This document shows positions 8,742-16,770 of a stretch of 64,000 bases of DNA, piece after piece (position 1 is the first letter of the stretch; each line of letters begins with the position of its first letter). This stretch comes from Candidatus Cloacimonadales bacterium (lineage in GTDB: Bacteria > Cloacimonadota > Cloacimonadia > Cloacimonadales > JAFGVF01). The position numbers were made by a program, and so were the translations under genes. The notes beneath the pieces were generated by a model. It made no database searches and was not told the DNA's origin. It saw only the letters and a program-made list of their open reading frames with translations. The stretch lies in the NCBI GenBank assembly GCA_963662585.1, contig OY759729.1, forward strand, positions 64,001 through 128,000, given 5' to 3'.

Positions 8742-11702
8742 TTATTTTACAAAACACAAGCCTCTTTTTCCATCCATTTTGATAGTTAGAGGTTTTTCTG
8801 TTCTTACTACTTTAATATATTTAGTCTCTTTTATTAAATTGACACTATCTAATTTATTCCAATTAATAATATTATTCTCTTCACCAAAAGGAACTGAGAC
8901 ATAACCAATATTCATTGATAGAATATTATGAAAGAAATGAGTCCCTTGTGAAGGGTCAACTCTGAAGTTTTCCAATCCAGCTTCTACGATAACTTTTGCC
9001 ATGGAGATATTACTAAAGGCCACTGGAATTCCTAAGAATCTATCTCGTGATCCCCAACGACCTGGTCCAATTAAAACATAATGAATGTTTTGGTCTAGCA
9101 TTTCTCGATTAACAGCATCAATTTCATTCATGATTTCAATTGTTTGGGTATTATCAAATGATTGAGGCTTAACATAGAGAATATGGTCAAGGTCATCAAT
9201 CACTCCATTACCCATAGAGTACTTAGAATAAATAAGGCAATCTGCTGGATTTGCTTCTTGAGCATTTATCACAACATCTTCAGCATTAATTGATAAGGGT
9301 CTAATCTGCAAAATATAGAAAGTTGGTTTCTGAATTTTCATTTTATTTGGTTGCAGATTTACAGCAAATTCAATCTCTACTGGAACTCCCATAGCAACTT
9401 CTCCAATAGATAAGATATCTTCTAAAATTGCAGCAAGTGGAAATCTATTGTATTTTACAATATTATCAAAAGTAACAACAGGCATTCCATCACCAAACAT
9501 TCCTGAAATGAAAGCTCTACTGTTGTTATCCCAATATGATACAACTTCCTTCAAAGCTGGCTTAATGCTAGGATTTCTTATTGATATTTTTTTTAGACAA
9601 ACATCTTCCCCACTAAGTAGATCGTAAGAATCATCAGATAAATCTACTGCATAAAACTCCTTTTGCGAGTTTCCAACTAAATATTCTCCAGAAAGTAGCT
9701 CCTTTTTAGGATATTTCGGACAAAATCTAAATGTGTTTTCACCTTCTACCACAGATTTCCCCATTCCTACAGCAATCGTAGCGATTCCATCTGAGTTATT
9801 CAAGTCTGAAGTAGGATAGAAGTTGAATGACTGTGCTACACCAGAAAAATTTGGGAAATAATAATCCCCGTATTTAGAACCAGTCACTTCTTGAATGATT
9901 ATTGCCATTTTCTCTTCAGCAATCATATAATTAACATTTTCAATATAATCTCGTGCTTTCTTTACAAATATAGAAGAATATACTAACTTAACTGCATTAG
10001 TAAGGTCTTGAAACCGATCCAAATCATCTTCTGAAACATTCGGTAACATATAGGTAGAATATATTCCGGCAAAAGGTTGAGCTTGAGAATCTTCTAAAAG
10101 ACTTGAAGATCTTACAGCTAAAGGATTTTTTAGTTCAAGAACTACTTTATATAAGCGTTCTTCTAATTCATTTGACAACTTACATTCTAAGAAGTATTTC
10201 TCAATTTCTTCATCTGGAAGTTCAGATACATCAGTAGTTATATTATTTATTTCTATAAAGTTATCAAATTCATTAGTTCCGATGATGCAGGTCGCTGGGA
10301 TAGAGATATTTACTTCTGGGTAACTCTCATCAAATTCCATAGAGTTTAGCAAAGAGTTCATAAAAGATAAGCCTCTCCCCTTTCCCCCTAGTGAGCCTTC
10401 AGCAATCTTAACGATCTGATCTTCTAGATTAAACTCTGCATTATCAAAATTTATAATTTTACCTCTAGCTCTCAAAGACTTAACCTCTTTAAAGGTATTT
10501 AATAGAAAGCTTCTAAGCTCAACAATAGAAGCAAATTCACTAGTACTGATTGGTCTAATTTTCTTAGCAACGAGAAATTCACCATGCGCTATTAACCAAG
10601 AAGAAAAATGATTCCTTCTGGAATGGAATAAAAGACTTTTATCCGGAATATCAGCTAATATATTTTCAAACTCTTTAAGGGTGTTAGCTTTTCCATAAGC
10701 ATTTCCAACTTCATCCTTAAAAATAAAATCTCCATAACCTAAATTGGTTTTAATAAATACCTTAAGTTCCTTTATTAGATTCCTATCATGTTTTCTAATG
10801 AAACTAGCATTTTTACTTAGTACATCTGCTTGATAGTCTTTATTTGCTGATTGCATCAGTATTGGTAAATCTACATTCATTGAACGAACTTCATTAAGAA
10901 GTTTGATACCTGCTCCTAGATAATCATCACCTTGCTTTGGAAAGTCTATATCAGATATTAAGCAAACTATGAATTCTTGATATTTTTTATAAATTTCAAT
11001 AGCATCTTCATAATTATTAGCAAGCAGGACTTTAGGTCTTGCTCTCATTCTCAAACGCTTGTTCATATCATTCATTTCAGTATCAATAAGAAGTTGGGTT
11101 TGCTTCATGATTTCAGCATAGAGTAATGGTAAATAGGATGAATAGAAGTTTATAGAATCTTCAACTAATAAAATCACCCGAACTAATCCAACAGTTGTAT
11201 CAAAATCACAATTCCATCTATCTTCAACATATTTTATCATTGCAAGGAACAATTTGCTATCACCATTCCAGTAAAAAATATTATCTATATTGACCATCTT
11301 TTCTGGAAACTTCTTTATTAAATTTATATCTCCAGTATTATTCAGAAGTAAGAGAACTGGAGTTTCGGGAGACATTTTCTTAATTGCTGTTGAAAGCTCA
11401 TAAGGGATAGTTTCTCCTACCCTCATCATAGTTATCACTAAATCATAGTTATGAATAGAAATCTTCTTTAATGCCTCCTCTTTAGTTGGTACAGAGGTAA
11501 TACGAGGTATGGTAGTTAGATTTAAATGTTTATATTCACCAAAAATCTGTTCTGATAATCTTCCATCCTGTTCAAAGATATAAGCATCATAAAAAGAGGA
11601 GACCATTAAGATATCTTTAACTCTTTTCTTCATTAAATAATGAAAATTGTCTTCACCAAATTTGAACTTATTATAATGATAGTTTAACTGTTTTAAATCC
11701 AT
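8742..11702 (-). CDS. receiver-like domains plus PEP/pyruvate-binding (PPDK_N ATP-grasp) domain protein
   Basis: N-terminal receiver-like segments (ILLVEDS, CLISD), GSLGGKGRGL, LAVRSSSLLED, FAGIY, VEIEFAV, LQIRP and GPGRWG. No phospho-His or PEP-binding barrel domain was recognised. Confidence 0.8.
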   Translation of the reverse strand: MDLKQLNYHYNKFKFGEDNFHYLMKKRVKDILMVSSFYDAYIFEQDGRLSEQIFGEYKHLNLTTIPRITSVPTKEEALKKISIHNYDLVITMMRVGETIPYELSTAIKKMSPETPVLLLLNNTGDINLIKKFPEKMVNIDNIFYWNGDSKLFLAMIKYVEDRWNCDFDTTVGLVRVILLVEDSINFYSSYLPLLYAEIMKQTQLLIDTEMNDMNKRLRMRARPKVLLANNYEDAIEIYKKYQEFIVCLISDIDFPKQGDDYLGAGIKLLNEVRSMNVDLPILMQSANKDYQADVLSKNASFIRKHDRNLIKELKVFIKTNLGYGDFIFKDEVGNAYGKANTLKEFENILADIPDKSLLFHSRRNHFSSWLIAHGEFLVAKKIRPISTSEFASIVELRSFLLNTFKEVKSLRARGKIINFDNAEFNLEDQIVKIAEGSLGGKGRGLSFMNSLLNSMEFDESYPEVNISIPATCIIGTNEFDNFIEINNITTDVSELPDEEIEKYFLECKLSNELEERLYKVVLELKNPLAVRSSSLLEDSQAQPFAGIYSTYMLPNVSEDDLDRFQDLTNAVKLVYSSIFVKKARDYIENVNYMIAEEKMAIIIQEVTGSKYGDYYFPNFSGVAQSFNFYPTSDLNNSDGIATIAVGMGKSVVEGENTFRFCPKYPKKELLSGEYLVGNSQKEFYAVDLSDDSYDLLSGEDVCLKKISIRNPSIKPALKEVVSYWDNNSRAFISGMFGDGMPVVTFDNIVKYNRFPLAAILEDILSIGEVAMGVPVEIEFAVNLQPNKMKIQKPTFYILQIRPLSINAEDVVINAQEANPADCLIYSKYSMGNGVIDDLDHILYVKPQSFDNTQTIEIMNEIDAVNREMLDQNIHYVLIGPGRWGSRDRFLGIPVAFSNISMAKVIVEAGLENFRVDPSQGTHFFHNILSMNIGYVSVPFGEENNIINWNKLDSVNLIKETKYIKVVRTEKPLTIKMDGKRGLCFVK

Positions 11703-12336
11703 ATTCCCTTCTTTATTTCTTTCATTATTATATTGTGAATTGATTTAAATATTTGTCAATGATTTTCTCTTTTATTTTAAGAGTTTGACTTATTTAAGGA
11801 TTTAATCAGATCTCCGAACTGTAAAGATTGTTTACCAGCGTACATTAAGTGTATGAAATTGCAAACTTCGAAATATACATTGCAAAATATTAGCTAAATG
11901 CCTGTGCAAATTAATCAACAAGAGAAATTTTAGTTATTTTTCGATAGTAACAATGAACTCAAAGAATGTCCATCGTTTAATTTTAAAGTATAGGCTTTTA
12001 AAAAGTAGTTATATTTAGTAAAATATTATTAAAAAGCAACGATTACGATATAGTCTTAATGTGTTGGTAATGTGCTTATACAGCTAATAACACCATAATT
12101 TTTTTACTTTAACAAAATTATATTTTATAGCACCTCCTTTTTTTTCAAATGTAACAAAAAAAAAGTTGTCTAATTATTTTTATAGATTATTAATATAATA
12201 AGGAAAGCGAAATTGTTGAAAAAATGAAAAAAAGTTAACAAAATAAAAAAAAGTTAAAATTGTAAAAAATGCCTATATTTAGAGATTTTTTCCATTACGA
12301 TAATTGATAATTTTATTGCTTAAAATTAATAGTTGT

Positions 12337-12365
12337 TGACATAAATGGCACTATTTACTAAATAT
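12337..12365 (+). promoter_or_regulatory. putative sigma70-type promoter of the birA-like gene
   Basis: TTGACA followed about 17 nt later by TAAATA, roughly 60 nt upstream of the ATG at 12400. Confidence 0.5.
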
Positions 12366-12399
12366 GTACTGTCATCATAAATATTTAAAGGGAGAAATT

Positions 12400-13383
12400 A
12401 TGGATAACAGAAAGACAATATTCAAGCTACTCAGAGAGAGTGCTGGAAGATGGGTATCTGGACAAGCAATTGCAGATGAATTAGAAATTAGTAGAAACGC
12501 TGTATCAAAACATGTTAAACTCATGAGAGACAATGGTGTAAAAATCCTTGCTTCAACTAACAGAGGTTACAGGTTTATGGATGCAGAAGACAAAATATAC
12601 CCTTATGAGATAATCCTTACAGATAAAAAACAATTAGTTGGAAACAAAATCTTTTTACATAAAAAGCTAGATTCAACAAATTCAGAAGTCGCAAGACAAG
12701 TTATCAAAAAACAAATCAAAGAAGGTTCAGTAATTATTGCTGAGAACCAATCAAAAGGAAAAGGAAGAAACGAATCAGAATGGGTAACCATCAAAGGAAA
12801 AGGTATCTATCTTTCAATCTACCTAAACCCTAGATCTGTTTTAGATAAAGTTACTTTAGTAAACTTAATTGCTGGATACTCAGCTGTAGAAGCAATGAAA
12901 AAAATAACAGGTTTAGAAGATTTTCAGTTAACTTGGCCAAACCTCATTACTTACAAAGGTACAAAGTTCGCTAGTATTTTAGCTGAAAGCTTTACTGACA
13001 TGGACGGTGTTGGTAAAACTGTGCTTGGTTTAGGTATGTATGTTAACTTAACTCCTAAAGAACTAAAAGTAATAGAAGATAAAGGTTTCACATCCTTGAA
13101 CGCTATCTGTGATAAAGAATTCAACAGAAATGAAATCATATCTGATTTCTTAAATATCTTTAATGAAGAATATACAAAATTCAAGAATAAAGAAATTAAT
13201 GAACATCTTGACCGTTGGGTTCAATACTTAGATATCCTTAACAAGAAAGTTAAAGTAGATATCGATGGCATAATCCACGAAGGTTATGTTAAAGGTATCA
13301 CAGATAAAGGTAAATTAATCTTCTCTACAGAAGAATATGATAAAGACCTTTATATCAGATACGGTGAATTCATAATCTCATAG
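12400..13383 (+). CDS. BirA-like protein (HTH plus biotin-protein ligase fold) with a divergent active site
   Basis: HTH (SGQAIADELEISRNAVSKH), DSTN, AENQSKGKGR..W, WPN, KFASIL and an SH3-like C-terminus. Start moved to ATG 12400 behind a GGGAG RBS. Confidence 0.85.
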   Translation: MDNRKTIFKLLRESAGRWVSGQAIADELEISRNAVSKHVKLMRDNGVKILASTNRGYRFMDAEDKIYPYEIILTDKKQLVGNKIFLHKKLDSTNSEVARQVIKKQIKEGSVIIAENQSKGKGRNESEWVTIKGKGIYLSIYLNPRSVLDKVTLVNLIAGYSAVEAMKKITGLEDFQLTWPNLITYKGTKFASILAESFTDMDGVGKTVLGLGMYVNLTPKELKVIEDKGFTSLNAICDKEFNRNEIISDFLNIFNEEYTKFKNKEINEHLDRWVQYLDILNKKVKVDIDGIIHEGYVKGITDKGKLIFSTEEYDKDLYIRYGEFIIS

Positions 13384-13384
13384 T

Positions 13385-14506
13385 TTATGACTTTGTTGAG
13401 GAGATGACGCTATAACCTCTTCTAAGAGTTATGGTAGCATTTCCATAAACTTTAAGCATAGCTTTGTGAATATGTGTAATATTCTTAGCTACTATATATG
13501 CAGTTCCGCCTTTAGCCAGATTTGAGTAAGCATTATCTATAAATAGATCTGCGATTCTGAAGTTTGAGAAATAAGGTGGGTTACCCACAAATATAGTAGC
13601 TTTTTTCTTATTTAGTCCTTCATCTGTTAAATAGAACTGGCAATTTTCTAATTCATTTAATTCAGCATTTTTTTTAGCACAATCTAAAGCTCTGATATTA
13701 GAATCAACAAAAATAGTTTTTTTGGGGTGATAGTAGGCAGCTAAGGCTAACCCTACAGTTCCGATGCCACAGCCCATATCAATGATTATATCATCTTCAT
13801 TAGCTTCAACGACATCTATTAGAGCAAGAGCTCCTTCATCAATGCGATGGTGGGCAAATACTCCAGGAACAGAGAAATACTCGATACTAGGACGGTTAGG
13901 AAGGTTTAGTTGATAAGTATCATTATAATCTAAGTACTCAGGAAATTCAAGAGACTTTCTTAAAATCAAGACAAACTGTGTCTTATTAAACTTTTCTAAA
14001 GAATAACTTATAGAGAAAAGTCTTAAAAAATCTTCAAACCATTTTGCTCTTTTATCACAAGAGATAAATATTTTGCCTTTCTTTTTTAACAAACGATAGT
14101 GTTTAATAAAGATATCTTGATAATACTCTTTACTGTAGGTTGTACTATCAATTTGCAAAAATAATTGGGTTAACTTAGTTTCAGGTTCATAGTTTGAGGC
14201 ACATAGGTTATTTAAAGAAGTTTTGTTTAATCTTATATTCTCTTCAACTTTCTTGTAATGATGAAAGTCTATATTAATAACATTAACTGATGCTTCTGGA
14301 TAAGTCTTTGCCAAATAAATAGGCATGACACCAGTACGATTATTGATGAATAGAGTATGGGCAACATCATCTTCTTTAATTATCTGATTGAGAAGATTAA
14401 TTTCTGTAGGGTGAAGTCCTGATCTTGAAGTTACTTCCAAATTTAAGTCAGCGAAATTTTCTATTTTTGATTGTTTTTTATCTGTTTCAGTAATAATAAT
14501 TTTCAT
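13385..14506 (-). CDS. RsmC/RlmG-like (MTS) class I SAM methyltransferase
   Basis: PGVFA...IDEG, DMGCGIG and NPPY motifs; duplicated-domain length. Confidence 0.85.
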   Translation of the reverse strand: MKIIITETDKKQSKIENFADLNLEVTSRSGLHPTEINLLNQIIKEDDVAHTLFINNRTGVMPIYLAKTYPEASVNVINIDFHHYKKVEENIRLNKTSLNNLCASNYEPETKLTQLFLQIDSTTYSKEYYQDIFIKHYRLLKKKGKIFISCDKRAKWFEDFLRLFSISYSLEKFNKTQFVLILRKSLEFPEYLDYNDTYQLNLPNRPSIEYFSVPGVFAHHRIDEGALALIDVVEANEDDIIIDMGCGIGTVGLALAAYYHPKKTIFVDSNIRALDCAKKNAELNELENCQFYLTDEGLNKKKATIFVGNPPYFSNFRIADLFIDNAYSNLAKGGTAYIVAKNITHIHKAMLKVYGNATITLRRGYSVISSTKS

Positions 14507-15306
14507 TAATTTTCTCCTTGTATTGAAGCAACAACTAAAATCCCATTGCCAATTTTGTTGTCTCTCTTTTGATCAATCTTCATAAAGATAGTAAATATCG
14601 GGAAAGTAAATAAATAATATATTGGTAATAACAAGAAGGCTAATTTACTTTTTTGCAATAGGGTAAGAGGTGTTTTCATGGCAATTTTCCAATACTTTGC
14701 CCCATACTTACCATAAGTGTATTTTTTACTATCAATCTTAAAACCAGCACTTTCTAACTTTTCTATAAGATCACTAAGATCATAGCCTGGTCTAACATGC
14801 TCTTCTGTGAAGGCTGCTGCTTCATCGAAAGTACTAGGTGTTGATATTATAAGTTTTCCCTCTTTATTAAGAACTTTGCGGAAGTTATTCAATACAGCTC
14901 TATCATTTTCAATATGTTCCATAATATCTATAGCAATAATTAAATCGAATTTATCAGAAGGAGTGTAGGTTTGTAAATCAGCACAATAATGACTAAATCT
15001 TTCTTCTTTAGGACTTCCCTTAATGTAATAATAATATTTTTCTATATAATCATCTTTAATGTCCACAGCAAATACTTGTGAATTTTGGTATCTAGAAAGT
15101 ATATAATCAGAATACTGAAGATATCCCCCACCTGCGTCGTACATCTTAAATTTTGCACTTCTATCTGGCTGGATACTTTCAATTAACTTAAAAACATATT
15201 GTTGTCTTAAAATAAGACATTCCAAAGCTTTATAGAAAAGTTTCCTGCTCCCTGGTATTACTGAGATTAAAAATGCAATTTTATCTTTGACAATATCGTA
15301 TTTCAT
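14506..15306 (-). CDS. class I SAM-dependent methyltransferase
   Basis: DAGGG, FDLIIAIDIMEHI, GKLIISTP and EHVR motifs. Confidence 0.85.
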   Translation of the reverse strand: MKYDIVKDKIAFLISVIPGSRKLFYKALECLILRQQYVFKLIESIQPDRSAKFKMYDAGGGYLQYSDYILSRYQNSQVFAVDIKDDYIEKYYYYIKGSPKEERFSHYCADLQTYTPSDKFDLIIAIDIMEHIENDRAVLNNFRKVLNKEGKLIISTPSTFDEAAAFTEEHVRPGYDLSDLIEKLESAGFKIDSKKYTYGKYGAKYWKIAMKTPLTLLQKSKLAFLLLPIYYLFTFPIFTIFMKIDQKRDNKIGNGILVVASIQGEN

Positions 15307-15392
15307 ATTTATTGCTCCTACTATGAAGATTAGGTAATTATTAAAATAGCTTAATTATTGTCAAATCTAAAAAATACAAATAGGATTTTGTA

Positions 15393-16559
15393 ATGAATAT
15401 TCAGAGACTTTACGAATTTTTACTGAGTGATGAATCTCAGGAAATTCTTCAGGTTATTGCCCAAAGAGATATTACTAATTTAAACCAAATTCAATATTTG
15501 AAAGGGAAATTTCCTCAGCATCCTATTCCAGAGCTTTTGACTTTGGAACGATTAAGAAAGAATGCTAATAAAAGAATTATCAATGCTGATAAGTATCTAT
15601 TTACCACGAAAGGTGTTGAGCAATCTTCTTCTTCTGCAGTTGCCCAATATCATTCTTCTCTTTTTGATAATGTCCAGCGGATTGCGGATCTCTGTTGTGG
15701 AAACGGTATTGATTTGCTAAACATTGCTAAGAATAAAGAGAAAGTTTTTGCTATTGATTTATCAAGCACTGCTCTCTTGTGCAGTAAATATAATTGCATG
15801 ATTAATGGCTTAACTAATATAGAATTTTTAAATCTTAAAGCAGAAGACTTTTCTCAGCCAGTTGATGGAATATTTATCGATCCTGATAGAAGACCAGAAG
15901 AACGAAGAGTAATTCAAGGAGAAGATATTTCACCTAATTTTACTGAGATTCTTGAGTTGATCAAGACATTCCAAAATGTTGTAGTGAAGCTCTCCCCCGT
16001 CTTTGATTATCATTCAGCAGAAGTGCCTCAAGAACATACTTGGGAGTTTATTTCGGAAGATAAAGTTATGAAAGAAATTCTTCTTTGTACTGGTATTTTT
16101 TCTACTCCTAATGTAAGCAGGAAAGTTGTGCTACTTCCCAATACTATATTTTGTGAAAATAACTCCAAGGTAGAAATCACCCCAATTAAAAGATATATCT
16201 ATGATTTAGATCCAGCACTTATTAGGAGTGGCTTAGTGCAAGATCTTGCTTATGAATTACAAGCTACTCTTATTAATAAACATATTTCAATTTTAACTTC
16301 TGAAAGTGTGATAGATTCCCCTTTCACTAAAGGATATGAAGTAATAGATTATTTTCATTATAGTAAGAAGTCATTACAGAAGTATCTAAAAGATAACAGT
16401 ATTGGTGAATTAGTAATTAAAGTAAGAGGTTTTCCTGAAAGACCTAATCAAGTTCTCCAAAAGCTTAAACTCTCAGGAAGTAATAAGGCTCTTGTATATC
16501 TTGTTAGAATGGATAAAGAGTTTCTGTGTATGGTATTAGCTACTTTATCAGGCTCTTAA
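15393..16559 (+). CDS. class I SAM methyltransferase with THUMP-like C-terminal domain
   Basis: EQSSS, ADLCCGNGID, FIDPDRR, VKLSP and DPALIRSG motifs. Confidence 0.85.
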   Translation: MNIQRLYEFLLSDESQEILQVIAQRDITNLNQIQYLKGKFPQHPIPELLTLERLRKNANKRIINADKYLFTTKGVEQSSSSAVAQYHSSLFDNVQRIADLCCGNGIDLLNIAKNKEKVFAIDLSSTALLCSKYNCMINGLTNIEFLNLKAEDFSQPVDGIFIDPDRRPEERRVIQGEDISPNFTEILELIKTFQNVVVKLSPVFDYHSAEVPQEHTWEFISEDKVMKEILLCTGIFSTPNVSRKVVLLPNTIFCENNSKVEITPIKRYIYDLDPALIRSGLVQDLAYELQATLINKHISILTSESVIDSPFTKGYEVIDYFHYSKKSLQKYLKDNSIGELVIKVRGFPERPNQVLQKLKLSGSNKALVYLVRMDKEFLCMVLATLSGS

Positions 16560-16770
16560 AATGTAACTCGAGGCTTTTTTTTCTAATCCAGATGATGCAG
16601 TAGAGTTAAGAAGAGACCGAGTAGATTTAGAGGAAGCTAGGGAGGCTTACACCCACTAAAAATCCCCCAAGGATAGGATATGCATATTTATGCCTTGACT
16701 ATTATCAATAATAATTAATTTTATAGTTTATACGCTTGTATAAAAATATTACATAAATATAGGACCTTAT

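Noticed and set aside
8742..11702. ppsA (PEP synthase) assignment
   Set aside because: The phospho-His and PEP-binding barrel domains are not recognisable.
11733..11750. Rex-like operator TTGTGAA-N4-TTTAAAT
   Set aside because: Only the left half-site matches, in an AT-rich background.
11800..12020. Cys-containing small ORF (e.g. CKDC) in the long spacer
   Set aside because: No suitable start or RBS, and the frames are short and interrupted by stops.
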